From Candidatus Latescibacterota bacterium (GTDB lineage Bacteria; Latescibacterota; UBA2968; UBA8231), in the NCBI GenBank assembly GCA_965200315.1, contig OZ241362.1, positions 1,920,001-1,984,000 of the forward strand: 64,000 nt of DNA, in the 5' to 3' direction. Positions 50,490 to 60,581 of this stretch are shown here, piece after piece; the stretch's first letter is position 1, and each line of letters begins with the position of its first letter. The translations under genes and the position numbers were made by a program. The notes under the pieces are model-generated. The model made no database searches and was not told the DNA's origin. It saw only the letters and a list, made by a program, of their open reading frames with translations.

Positions 50490-51044
50490 CTAAAAACCGC
50501 AGGCCCTTAAAACCGGATGTTGCAAAACGGACGCGACTTCTGCCCAAGCCTGTTGGCTATTCTCTTTTTCAAAGTCAGGACAAAACCCGAAATCGAGATA
50601 CACTTTGATGGCGGGAATCCGTGCGCTTGAGGTGCCGAGAAAACTGCGCTTGTGGAATCGCTTGAGGTAAGCCATCGCCACGGACATCATCGGCTTGGCA
50701 AGCCCGCGTCCCTGATAGTCCGGGAGAATCGCGACCCAGTGAATCTGGCCCCACTCTTGGCCCTTAAAATCGGGCTGCCACCACGCCGTAATGGTCCCGA
50801 CCTCTTCGCCCGCGTCGGTGGTCAAATAAAAACTTCGGTCCTCCAGCGCGCCAAAATCGCGTTTGAATTCGCGCTCAAAAAGCTGGTCGTCAACTTCGAA
50901 GTACGGTTCTGCCGCTCGCTGAATCCGCGTCCAGCTAGCCCCTTCATGCGGGCGGTAATTCCGCATGGCAAATCCTTGGGGAATGGGAAATTGTGGAATG
51001 TTTTCCATGTGCTCGCGGATCATTCTGACACTGTAATTCTGCAT
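50490..51044 (-). CDS. GNAT family N-acetyltransferase
   Basis: IHWVAILPDYQGRGLAK, PAIKVYLDFGF. Confidence 0.9.
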   Translation of the reverse strand: MQNYSVRMIREHMENIPQFPIPQGFAMRNYRPHEGASWTRIQRAAEPYFEVDDQLFEREFKRDFGALEDRSFYLTTDAGEEVGTITAWWQPDFKGQEWGQIHWVAILPDYQGRGLAKPMMSVAMAYLKRFHKRSFLGTSSARIPAIKVYLDFGFCPDFEKENSQQAWAEVASVLQHPVLRACGF

Positions 51045-51053
51045 CGGTACCTG

Positions 51054-51872
51054 CTACTTTTTGTCCCATATTATAATCGAACTCGCGGAGGAGCCGCCCG
51101 GCGGCACGCGGGAAAATTCTATCTCGAGATGAGTCTCAGGCACGTGCAGGTCGCTTTCGCTTAGGGGCTGCCAAGTCCACGAGACCTGCCGCCGACTGGC
51201 GCGCTGGTCGATGATCGGGCGCCTCACCAGCCCAATCTGCCATACATCGCCGGCGGCCGGGGGTAGGCTTTGCGCGTCGGCCAGCCTTTTCAACCCCTCC
51301 CAAGGGAAAGCCAGTTCCACGCTCCAGCCCCGGTCGATATCATCCCGTTTGTTCAGGGTGCCCTCGACCTGCACCCCAACCTGTAATCCGGGAAAGCGCC
51401 AGTGCGAAAAAGCCCAGCGCATGGCTCGATAGTCGGAATTCGATCCCCCGCCCAAGACTTCGGGCCGATGCACCGCCAGATCGAACTCCGGCACGTCGTA
51501 GCGGCCGCCGCGCTGATAGGCTTCCTTCCAGATGTAGAACATCTCCGAGGTCGCGCCCAGCGGATTGACCGCCAGTTCGTAATACGCTCCCCGACCAATG
51601 AGAAGCACCCCGGCGTTGTTGTCCTGCCGGACTAACGGCGAAGACTCCTCCTGCACACCCCACACATCGCGATCTTCCATCCAGAAGCCCACGTAAAAAT
51701 TCTGATCGTCCCACAGCATGGCCGCCCGAGTGTCGAAAAGCGAGCGCCGCCCGGTGTGATCCCCAAAGCGCGGAGAGCGCGGTGCCCGAGACCAGACTTC
51801 CTCTCGCAGGTGGCCGTCCACATCAATGGCGTCTTCGCTCCTATGGCAGATGTAGCGCACGGTCTTATCCAT
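51054..51872 (-). CDS. Carbohydrate-binding family 9-like protein
   Basis: IDVDGHLREEVWSRAP, TRAAMLWDD.NFYVGF, YYELAVNPLG, D.GWSVELAFPW. Confidence 0.82.
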   Translation of the reverse strand: MDKTVRYICHRSEDAIDVDGHLREEVWSRAPRSPRFGDHTGRRSLFDTRAAMLWDDQNFYVGFWMEDRDVWGVQEESSPLVRQDNNAGVLLIGRGAYYELAVNPLGATSEMFYIWKEAYQRGGRYDVPEFDLAVHRPEVLGGGSNSDYRAMRWAFSHWRFPGLQVGVQVEGTLNKRDDIDRGWSVELAFPWEGLKRLADAQSLPPAAGDVWQIGLVRRPIIDQRASRRQVSWTWQPLSESDLHVPETHLEIEFSRVPPGGSSASSIIIWDKK

Positions 51873-52692
51873 CCTCGCCCACCACCTTTTCGGAAAAATG
51901 TATCACACTGAAGCGATCCGGGATGTGCGAATCATAGGTTCCGTGACTGGTCCAAGCCCACCCCGGACACACCCGCACGCCGCCTTCCTCAATCCACTGG
52001 AAACGCGAAAAATCCATGCGCCATATATCCCCTTCCCGCGCCGGCAGCGAGCGCCCGTCCGCCAAGTGCTGCAACCCCTGCCACGGAAAGGCGATTTCGG
52101 CGGTCCAGCCCCGGTCGGTGTCGCTGGAATCATTGATGGTGCCGTCCACCTGCACCGCCCATTACAACCCCGGCATGTCCCATTCGCGGAAGGCCCAGCG
52201 CCGCCCGCGCGGATGCCGATGTCCCGACTGCGGTCCTCCGAGGGTATCCACCAGCCGGGTCCCCAGCAGATCGAATTCGGGCAGCTTGGCGTACCCGGCC
52301 TCAATATAGGCGTCCTGCCAGATGTAGAACCGCTCCATGATAGTGCCTAGGGCATTCAGCTCGAATTCGTAATAGCTGTTCTCGCCGGCTATGAAAACCT
52401 CCACATCGTTCTCCTCGCAGATCATGGAATCGCGCGTGGTATAGGTCGCCCGCACATCCGGTTCTTCCACCCAGAAGCCCACATAGAGGTACTCGTCGTC
52501 CCACAACACCGCGGCCCGGGTGTCGAAAAGGCCCGGCCGGCCCGGTTCCTCCAGATCCTCAAAACGCGGCGATTGGGGCACCCGTTGCCACGATTCCTCG
52601 TCGAGGTGCCCGTCCACCGCAATCGGCCCCTTTGCCCGGTAGCTGATATAGTGCTTCAAGCCCTCTTCCGAATAGCCGTATTTACTCGTCAT
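51865..52692 (-). pseudogene. Second CBM9-like gene with a single in-frame TAA at 52162-52164
   Basis: EWDMPGL*WAVQVDGTIND; both halves share one frame and align with the paralog (FPGLQVGVQVEGTLN). Confidence 0.8.
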
Positions 52693-52737
52693 GTACTGGG
52701 CCTCCACTGTAACTTTAACGCGGCTAGCTCGCGCCGC

Positions 52738-54087
52738 TCAGGAAGCCATCCGCATCGGCATAAGCACGGCAGCGTGGCCTTCCGCTCCCACCTCAAAGTG
52801 AAGGGGGGCCTCACTATGGTCAAGGTATATCCGCATTTCCTCTGCCGAGTCTTTCAGGGCCTCCACAATCGTTTTGAGGAAATCGTGATTGAGGCGGGCG
52901 CGGAATGATTTGCCATCCTCGCTATGTGTCACATCAGCCGGGCAGTTCACCGAATACTCCCAGTCTGGGAGGTCGTCGCCGGGCAGGTCGTCCGCGTTTT
53001 CTCCGGTCTGACTGAACCCTTGGTCCCGCGTCGTTCGCAGCACCAGTTTGCCCTCTGCGCTCGACACCCGCATCTCTACGCTGGGCACGTATTCCCAGCC
53101 GCTTTTCACCCGCTCGTGGCCGCCTCTGAGGAACGGCTCGATCTCCGCCACGCAGGCCATCAGATGCTCGCTGCGCACGACCGCCAAGATCGGACCGGGA
53201 GTGCCGACAGCCGCTTGATACTTGAGATACGGTCCGGGCGTTGCCGGGAACGTCACCCGGCGGCCGTCCGCGGTCTGCAACATGGCCGATTCCTCTTCGA
53301 GAATCAGCGTTGCCGAGTCGGTCTCCGGGATCATTTCAGGGTGCAACGAATCGAGAATCAGCGGGGCTGGCAGCGACGCTAGCCCCTTACTCGACCAGTT
53401 GAGTAGCCGCGAACCGTCCGTTGCGACAACGCGGCCGCCAGCGTCGAGACAGACGCAGTGCATAATGGGCCGCTTGGGATCGTCGCTCGTGAAGCGAGCT
53501 ACGCGACGCAGTCCGGCCAAATCGTCCGGGCCGAGTTTGAAGGTCTGAGCCGTGTTGGATTCCGCCATCGCCATGATCTCCTTTTGCAGGCGTTTGCGGG
53601 CCTTTTGCAGACGGCTCCTTACAGTTCCGGTTTGGAGGTGCAGCAAGTTTGCGGTCTGCTGATAGGAATAGCCCTTGAGGTAGTGGTGGACGATCACGTC
53701 TCGGTGGGGGTTACTCAATCGTCCGATTGCCTTCCGCCCCAAGGCCCTGATCGCCTTCTGCTCCTGCTCAGGCGGTGCCGCGAGGTCGAGTTGATCGAGC
53801 AGATTGAGTTGCGCGATACACCGCCGCTGCCACATACGCGCTTTGTTATCCGCGATCGAGCACAGCCAAGCACCGAATCGCTCGGGCGAGCGCAGCTCCG
53901 CTAGCTGCTGGTAAGCAGCCATGAACGCCTCCTGCAGGACGTCCTCTGCCGCCTCTTGCGCGCCCATCCTGCGAGTGAGCCTCACCAGCAGCCACGGCGT
54001 GTGTTCCTCAACGAGCAAACCAAACGCCGCAGAGTCGCCAGCCGCCGCCTTCTGTACGCAATGTTCCCCATTCCGTTCCATAATCAC
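52738..54087 (-). CDS. ECF sigma factor fused to a DNA polymerase III beta-clamp-like C-terminal region
   Basis: Sigma2 AEDVLQEAF..FGAWL.SIA.N; sigma4 SYQQTA.LL....GTVRSRLQKAR. C-terminus: D.KRPIM..V, VVATDGSRL, GPYLKY, LNHDFL, AVLMPMR. Confidence 0.8.
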   Translation of the reverse strand: MIMERNGEHCVQKAAAGDSAAFGLLVEEHTPWLLVRLTRRMGAQEAAEDVLQEAFMAAYQQLAELRSPERFGAWLCSIADNKARMWQRRCIAQLNLLDQLDLAAPPEQEQKAIRALGRKAIGRLSNPHRDVIVHHYLKGYSYQQTANLLHLQTGTVRSRLQKARKRLQKEIMAMAESNTAQTFKLGPDDLAGLRRVARFTSDDPKRPIMHCVCLDAGGRVVATDGSRLLNWSSKGLASLPAPLILDSLHPEMIPETDSATLILEEESAMLQTADGRRVTFPATPGPYLKYQAAVGTPGPILAVVRSEHLMACVAEIEPFLRGGHERVKSGWEYVPSVEMRVSSAEGKLVLRTTRDQGFSQTGENADDLPGDDLPDWEYSVNCPADVTHSEDGKSFRARLNHDFLKTIVEALKDSAEEMRIYLDHSEAPLHFEVGAEGHAAVLMPMRMAS

Positions 54088-54157
54088 CCTTATAGTTGCT
54101 TCCGGGCGACAAAGGTAGCCGAAAAAAGGAGCTGTCGGGACAAATCCCGCCTACATC

Positions 54158-54186
54158 TTGACAGGATTCTCACAACATGTTGTCAA
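54158..54186. promoter_or_regulatory. Palindromic putative operator/promoter upstream of the sigma gene
   Basis: TTGACA...TGTCAA inverted pair overlapping the palindrome ACAACATGTTGT. Confidence 0.35.
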
Positions 54187-54347
54187 TAAATAGGTACATA
54201 TAGCCGTCCATGAGTTGAAAGCATGGAACGTTTATCGGCCCCGTCTTCGCTGCGTTCCCTGTCGGCAGGCCCGCGGGTGAGACGCCCGCGCACAGAGCCG
54301 GGCGTTGTCTCCTTCTTCCGTAGAAGAGCTGCGCCGGGAACTCGGTC

Positions 54348-54647
54348 TTGGCGAAAAAGAAAATTAAAAGGGAGGACGATCCCGCCGATAGCGAGCGGAT
54401 AGGGGTATTCCATCCTGAATTCGTTGAAGATACTAACCGCAAAATAGCGTTGCGCACCTTTGATCTGGCCGTGCTCCGCGACCCATTTTCAGGTATCGGC
54501 AAACCGGAACCCCTCAAATACCTCCCATCCGGTACTTGGTCGCAGCACCTTACGGAAGAACATCACCCAGTGTATATGGTAAGGGAAGGACGTATAGGTT
54601 TTTGCAGGTACGCTACCATTATTGACGGACCGCACCCTGTGGGCTAA
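54348..54647 (+). pseudogene. yoeB: Degenerate Txe/YoeB toxin, no antitoxin seen
   Basis: F.PEF.ED, RDPFSGIGKPEPLKY..GTWS..LTEEH; apparent deletions and altered C-terminus. Confidence 0.7.
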
Positions 54648-54685
54648 GAGCTTAATGTCGCCGCCTGAGCGGACAATTCGACGGG

Positions 54686-55942
54686 CTAGAAATTATACAT
54701 CAGGCTCAGGTCAATGAAGCTGTCGCGTCGGGTCTCGTAGTGGATATCCGCTTTGTCGATGTTGAGGAGATAGATCGACTCTAGGGCAACAGACCACTGG
54801 TTGGCAATGCGTCGCTTCAATGCAACGGCCAATGCGCGTGTGGCCCGATCCACATCCCCCAGCATACTGGCGACCACTTCGCTGCTCTGGACATCGTTGA
54901 ACGCAAGGCGCACGGCGAAGAAGAGATCGTTTTCGAGCGTATTGGGCGAGCGGCTGGGGGTCGCATTGCGGCCGCGCCCATCGTAACTCCATTCGCCGAG
55001 TACACTGAGGTCGACAGCCGTGCCCAATGCGGAATAAAACGTGTATTCGCCGCCAAAAACGGAAGCAATGTAATCCTCTTCCCTGCCGGACAGGTTGCGC
55101 GCACCAGCGCGCTGAATGGACTCCAGCTTGAACAACCAAGAGCCGACCGTTAGCTGGGCGTCCAGCCCAAACTGGCGGATCTGCTCGTAGTGCTGAATTA
55201 GGGCCGGTGCGCCGCCACTATCGCTACCCGGCAGCAAGAAAGGCTCTCGGCTGGTGCCATTGAATGCGCTCAAGCCAACATCGAAAAGCCCGAAATTCTG
55301 GCTATAGCGGGCGGCGAGATCGATGTGCCGCGCTTTGGCCGCGCTTTCGTATTCGACAGGCTCATCTTCTATTACAAACGGGAGACGCAGGCGGCCATGT
55401 TGGCCGGGAAAAGTGCGCGTCCGGTGATAGGGCAAAACGAAAAATTCCATCACCCCCCAATCGCTGGACCAAGTGCCGTGGACCATGGGTTGCCCCAGTT
55501 TGGTTTCTCCAACCGGATGTTCGACGAGATCGACCTGATTGACGATATCGACCAAGTGCTGCGACTCGGCGACGCCCCAGAACACCTGATCGATACCCAC
55601 GCGCAGCTCCCATTCGCCAGCACCGATCTCTCCGAACAGGAGCAAATAGGCTTCGCGCAAATCGGCATGGGTGCGGCGCGGATCTGAGTTGTCGTAGCGA
55701 AAGAACGGGGCCAGCGTGAGGCTTCTACCCGCGGCGTCTGCGAGATAGAGTTTGGGGGTTGCGACAAAGCCGCTGGCATAGGAGTGCTGGCCGGGAAAGG
55801 CACCGGCTTCGGGAAACCAGCGGCTTTCGGCGTTCAAGCGCCCGGAAAACTCGCGGTCCACCGCGAGTTCGGCGCGCACACTTACAGCGCAAACTGACGT
55901 CAAAATCCACAGCGCACCGACAGCGGCACGGCGTAGCATCAA
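54686..55942 (-). CDS. Outer-membrane beta-barrel protein (DUF1302-like)
   Basis: Signal peptide, DLREAY, G...VFWGV.E...LVD.VN, terminal YNF. Confidence 0.7.
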   Translation of the reverse strand: MMLRRAAVGALWILTSVCAVSVRAELAVDREFSGRLNAESRWFPEAGAFPGQHSYASGFVATPKLYLADAAGRSLTLAPFFRYDNSDPRRTHADLREAYLLLFGEIGAGEWELRVGIDQVFWGVAESQHLVDIVNQVDLVEHPVGETKLGQPMVHGTWSSDWGVMEFFVLPYHRTRTFPGQHGRLRLPFVIEDEPVEYESAAKARHIDLAARYSQNFGLFDVGLSAFNGTSREPFLLPGSDSGGAPALIQHYEQIRQFGLDAQLTVGSWLFKLESIQRAGARNLSGREEDYIASVFGGEYTFYSALGTAVDLSVLGEWSYDGRGRNATPSRSPNTLENDLFFAVRLAFNDVQSSEVVASMLGDVDRATRALAVALKRRIANQWSVALESIYLLNIDKADIHYETRRDSFIDLSLMYNF

Positions 55943-56760
55943 CGCGCTCGTTTCAGCCCGGTTTGCGTGAAATCGCGGTCGTCAAGGTCTGTTTGAAATT
56001 GAAAATCCGCCCAAGTCAGAACGGTGCTTTTCCCGGTCAGATGATTTTCCATCGTCATCTCGCCAGCGCGCCAGTAGCACTCCAAGTACTGCTGGTAATT
56101 GCTCAGGGTAAGCGTCTTCAAATGGGCATTCTTGCGGTCGTAGTACTCCACTTTCCAGATACGCAGTTCGTCTTTGTCGCGCCAGACTATTTGGCGGCTG
56201 TAGCCCGATTTCTTATGGGTGGGGTAGCGTTCGGTAACAGTGCAGATCAAATCACCGCAAGGCTCGTCGCGCAGGTACTTATACGTAAATTTCTCCACGG
56301 CTTGGGCTGTGAGGTCTTCATAGGCAAATTCGCTCCCCATAAAGGAGCCAGACTGATTTGACGAACTGATGCGCTTGACGCGCTTCAAAGCGGGGAGATA
56401 GAGCCATTGATCGTCTGCACCTTCATTTTTCGCGTGTACGAGCAATGCCGTTCCTTTCACATCGCGCGGCTCATCAAACACAAACAGGCTCTTGTCGCCG
56501 CCTTCGGGTACCTCAAGAATCTTTACTCGAAGCTGGCGTTGGCTTTCTTGCCCGTGTTTGTTCCGCAAAACCATGGCCTGTTGGGCGGTAAAGTTGCCAA
56601 AACCTTCGTCGCGTACCTGTGCATCCTGTTCAATTTTTCGTCCTACTTCGGCGGCATCCTCCTGCGCTTGTGCCAGTGGCGGCACCCACAGGCACAGCAA
56701 AAAGAACAAGCAAAATGCGGCGGACAAGCGCACCGAGCGGTCGGAATAAGTACGAGTCAT
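55939..56760 (-). CDS. Outer membrane lipoprotein-sorting (LolA-like) protein
   Basis: EPRDVKGTALL, DDQWLYLPALKRVKRISS, SFMGSEFAYEDL, VEYYDRK. Confidence 0.9.
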   Translation of the reverse strand: MTRTYSDRSVRLSAAFCLFFLLCLWVPPLAQAQEDAAEVGRKIEQDAQVRDEGFGNFTAQQAMVLRNKHGQESQRQLRVKILEVPEGGDKSLFVFDEPRDVKGTALLVHAKNEGADDQWLYLPALKRVKRISSSNQSGSFMGSEFAYEDLTAQAVEKFTYKYLRDEPCGDLICTVTERYPTHKKSGYSRQIVWRDKDELRIWKVEYYDRKNAHLKTLTLSNYQQYLECYWRAGEMTMENHLTGKSTVLTWADFQFQTDLDDRDFTQTGLKRAR

Positions 56761-56849
56761 AACATTCTTCCTATCAATGAGATATATAAGAATTAAAACC
56801 ATCAATTCACATATAAGAATGAAAAAAAGTACCGGGTGCCCGCTCTACA

Positions 56850-58217
56850 TTATAAGGGACGGGGGCCCAGCAGTTCCGCAACCTCCTCAGCCGCATCAAC
56901 ACCGCTGGCCAAGGCGCCGTTCACCGAGGGCATCCGCATGTAGTCGCCTGCCAGAAAAAGGTTCTTCACCAGCCGCCTGTGTTGACGGCGCATCTCTTCA
57001 ATCGCCCGCAATATGCCCGGCGGTCCGATACACAGGGCCTCCCGCCAGCGGTACACGCGGGTAAACAATCCCTCATCGTCGCCGGGAAGGTTGCTTCCCG
57101 GTGGGAGGGGATGTCGGCGCACATCGGCGAGCATCCGGTGCTTGATCTCTTCGTCGTCGAGGGGAAACATCTCCTCGGCGCATTCACGACCGACGAGCAT
57201 GTCCAAAGTGCTCTTGCCCGGCGGCACACAGGCGGGCAGGTTGATGGAGCGGTCCAGAAGCAAGGGCGTTTCGTCTTCGGGATACAACACACCGTTCCAA
57301 CCAGCGGGAAGCGGCCGACGGTCGAGACCGATCACGACTCGGCAGCCGCGCGAGTACCTTATCTTGCTGAGTACGCGGCGGATCTCAGCCGGCAGATCGG
57401 GAATGATGTTCAGCGCCGTTGTGGCGGAGGTGGCGCAGATGACGGCGTCCGCTTCGATGGGTCCGCCATCCACGATCACACTCGTCACGGTCCCGTCTCG
57501 AATGATCACGTTCCTAACGGGCGTCGATACGCGAATGTCGGCTCCGCAGGCGTCGGCCAAGGCGTAGGTCAGAGAGCCGATCCCTTCCTCCGGCACGTAG
57601 AGCTGATCGGCCTTGGCCATGATCTGCCCCACATACGTCAGCGCGTACGCGGCACTCATATCGTCCAGCTCGCCCATCGTCATCTCAAGGAATCCTCGCA
57701 ACGACAGGAGCATATCCTCTGGCACACCTATTCTATTCAGGTATTCGCGGGCGCTTTCCGCCTCATCGAATTCGGCGATGCGCGAGTCGCTCGCGAAAGT
57801 TACATACGCCTGCTTGTCCTTGATTATCCGGCCCAGCTTGATGCTCGCCAAGATCGACCGGGGCGACAATAACCCCAAGTTCCACAAGGCCGGCAGATTC
57901 TTGATCATGCCGCCTAACGATTGCTCCGGCGTTGTGACGCTGAATTGACCGTTTTTGTACCAGCCAAGTTTCATCATCGAACGAATCAGGGGCAGTCCCA
58001 ACTCCTCGCACAGACGCAAAGCGACATCGTGGGAAGCCGTGAAGAAGTCCGCGCCCTCGTCCAATAAAAAACCGTCCACCCGGTCGCCGCCCAGACGCCC
58101 GCCTACGCGGTCATTGACCTCAAACAAGATAGGGTTGATACCGTATTTCTTAAGCGTATAGGCCGCGCTTAATCCCGCCGCTCCGCCGCCAATTACGATA
58201 ACTGTTTTCTTTTTCAT
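56850..58217 (-). CDS. FAD-dependent oxidoreductase (amine oxidase/protoporphyrinogen oxidase superfamily)
   Basis: VIGGGAAGLSAA, E..DRVGGR, DEGA, LFLAGDY....VNGALASG. Confidence 0.9.
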   Translation of the reverse strand: MKKKTVIVIGGGAAGLSAAYTLKKYGINPILFEVNDRVGGRLGGDRVDGFLLDEGADFFTASHDVALRLCEELGLPLIRSMMKLGWYKNGQFSVTTPEQSLGGMIKNLPALWNLGLLSPRSILASIKLGRIIKDKQAYVTFASDSRIAEFDEAESAREYLNRIGVPEDMLLSLRGFLEMTMGELDDMSAAYALTYVGQIMAKADQLYVPEEGIGSLTYALADACGADIRVSTPVRNVIIRDGTVTSVIVDGGPIEADAVICATSATTALNIIPDLPAEIRRVLSKIRYSRGCRVVIGLDRRPLPAGWNGVLYPEDETPLLLDRSINLPACVPPGKSTLDMLVGRECAEEMFPLDDEEIKHRMLADVRRHPLPPGSNLPGDDEGLFTRVYRWREALCIGPPGILRAIEEMRRQHRRLVKNLFLAGDYMRMPSVNGALASGVDAAEEVAELLGPRPL

Positions 58218-58230
58218 GGTATTTCCTAAA

Positions 58231-60513
58231 TCACAAATTCTTCCGATCGATAGCGATCAACAACGCAGGAAGAAGCAAGAAATCGGCGACTATCGCAAAG
58301 ACAATGGTGATTGCCACCAAAAAACCGAGCACCCAAGTGAGTTCAAACCCCGATGCGAGGAAAACCATAAAGCCCAACGCCAAGACCACAGACGTCGTCC
58401 ATAACGCATACCCTACGGTGCGAAAGGAGAAGCGCACGGCATCGGGTGCGGAAAGGCCCTCGCGTCTGGCTTTTAGGTATTTACTCAGAAAATGAATGGT
58501 ATCGTCCACGACGATTCCGAAGACAACGGCAATGACCACCGAAGAGACAATGCCGATATGCCCGACGAGATACCCCCAAAGGCCGAAGGTCATGAGCGAA
58601 GGAATGAAATTGGGTAAAAGGCTGAGAAGTCCAAGTCGAACACTCTTGAAAACCCACATCAGGATGAATGAAATAAGCACCAACGCCGTGATTATACCGC
58701 TCAACATGCTGTTGATATTTCGTTGTGACATATGGGCAACCATGACGCTCAGCCCTGAAGCTTCGTACAAAAAATCAGGGGCATTGTCGTGGAGATAGGC
58801 CTGTGCGCGCTTATCGAGTTCGCGCAGACCTTTTGACGTGGCATTCTCAACCACGACGGCCATGCGCGTAGCGGATTTAGCGACATCAATACGGTCGTTC
58901 AGGTCGCTCCCGAACGGGAGCGAAAGCTCGTAGAGCAACAGATACTGTGCTGCGAGATCCGGGGTTTCGGGCAGGCGGTAGAAGGTCGGATCGTCGCCGT
59001 GCATGTTTTTGTTGAGCCGTTTCATAATGTCCGAAAAGGCCTGTACATGGGCTACTTCGGGTTGCTGCCGGTACCATTCGGCGAAAGCCTCAACCTTGCG
59101 CAGATAATCGGGATCGGTAATGCCGCCTTCTTTTCCTGAGGACAGGGAGTATTCCAGTTTGTCCAAGCCAGTCAGGTTTTCAACGATGTAATCTGAATCG
59201 CGTCGGACCTCGTAACGTTCATCGAAAAATTTCGTCAAATTATCGCCCAGTTCAATGCGAGGAATGCCTAGGGCCAAGACAACGGTTATCGAGGAGAGAG
59301 ACCAGAGCAGGAATGTGCGCCGGGCGATGACAAAGTCGGCAAGGCGATCAAAGAAAATTGTCTCTTGAGAGCGTAAGCGAGACGTGCGCAAGGGCAGAAT
59401 TGAAAGCAACGCGGGCAGGATCGTCAGGGAGTACACGAAGGCGCACAATACGCCAAATGCCACGAGATTGCCCAAGACGTGAAAAGGCGGTGAATCTGAG
59501 GTGTTCAAGCTGAGGAATCCGATTGCCGTTGTGGCCGAGGTGAGAAATATCGGGTAGGCATTGATGCGTATCGATTCAACTATCGCTGTATTTTTATCTA
59601 GGCCGCGCCGCATCCCCAGTAGAACACTCGTGATGAGGTGGATTGAATCCGCGATGGCGATCACCATAATAATGACGGGCACACCGGCATTGGTGGGAGA
59701 GAACACCACACCTATCCAGCCAGCAAACCCCATGGTGGTATTGATGACGAATAGGAGGACGGCGACGATGGCTACGGTGCAGAGAATTGAGCGTAAGAAA
59801 ACAATTGAGAAGCCCGCGATGACGAGAAACACCAATGGTACTAGGGTCTCGAAGTCATCCTGTGTGGCATCGGCGAAAGCCCGGTTGATGACGACATAGC
59901 CCGTCGTATAATAGCGAATGTCCGGGTGGCTCGTGCGGGCTTGGGCCAGGAGGGAATTGAGAAAATCGGTAATTTCGATTACTGCCTGGTCTTGATTTTC
60001 GGGCAGGACAAAATCGATAGACACTGCGGCTATGTGGCCGTCAGAGGATGCCAGATTCCCGACGATATCAATATCGCCTAGCGCGATCCCCTCAATTCGC
60101 GTCAAGTCGGCATCGCTCAGTGCCTGCGCGTCCTCCACGAGCGACGCGACGACCAATTCGTCGCCGCGTGCTTCGCTGTGGATATAGTTGGTGAGGGAGG
60201 TGACCCGACTGGAATAAGGCACTTGCCACGCCTTTTCGGTCAGTTCTTCAATCGCGCCAAGCACTTCGCGCGTGAACACCGAGCCTTCGCGCGGCGCAAT
60301 GGCAATCAGTGCCGAATTGGATGCCGAGTAGGTGTTTTCCAGGGCGTCGAAAGCAAGGAGCTGAGGATTGTCTTCGCTGAACAGCATGCGGTAGTCGTTG
60401 GCAACGGCGATAAAGCGAGTACCGTACGTCAGGGCCAACATGACCAGTGTTGACAGCACAACCACCAGCCAGCGATAGCGCAAGATGGCAGTGGAGTAGC
60501 GATCTAATTGCAT
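58231..60513 (-). CDS. MMPL/RND-family transporter
   Basis: Two RND halves: IAIADSIH..LTSATTAIGFLSL and GIVVDDTIHF..LLLPALL. Confidence 0.92.
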   Translation of the reverse strand: MQLDRYSTAILRYRWLVVVLSTLVMLALTYGTRFIAVANDYRMLFSEDNPQLLAFDALENTYSASNSALIAIAPREGSVFTREVLGAIEELTEKAWQVPYSSRVTSLTNYIHSEARGDELVVASLVEDAQALSDADLTRIEGIALGDIDIVGNLASSDGHIAAVSIDFVLPENQDQAVIEITDFLNSLLAQARTSHPDIRYYTTGYVVINRAFADATQDDFETLVPLVFLVIAGFSIVFLRSILCTVAIVAVLLFVINTTMGFAGWIGVVFSPTNAGVPVIIMVIAIADSIHLITSVLLGMRRGLDKNTAIVESIRINAYPIFLTSATTAIGFLSLNTSDSPPFHVLGNLVAFGVLCAFVYSLTILPALLSILPLRTSRLRSQETIFFDRLADFVIARRTFLLWSLSSITVVLALGIPRIELGDNLTKFFDERYEVRRDSDYIVENLTGLDKLEYSLSSGKEGGITDPDYLRKVEAFAEWYRQQPEVAHVQAFSDIMKRLNKNMHGDDPTFYRLPETPDLAAQYLLLYELSLPFGSDLNDRIDVAKSATRMAVVVENATSKGLRELDKRAQAYLHDNAPDFLYEASGLSVMVAHMSQRNINSMLSGIITALVLISFILMWVFKSVRLGLLSLLPNFIPSLMTFGLWGYLVGHIGIVSSVVIAVVFGIVVDDTIHFLSKYLKARREGLSAPDAVRFSFRTVGYALWTTSVVLALGFMVFLASGFELTWVLGFLVAITIVFAIVADFLLLPALLIAIDRKNL

Positions 60514-60581
60514 AGGGACTTTCTAACTAAGGCGTCGAAAGCGAGAAGTGGCGACCTGCCTCTGCTACGCAGAACGCGGCC

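Noticed and set aside
52162-52164. Selenocysteine/pyrrolysine recoding
   Set aside because: The codon is TAA and the paralog has Gln at this position.
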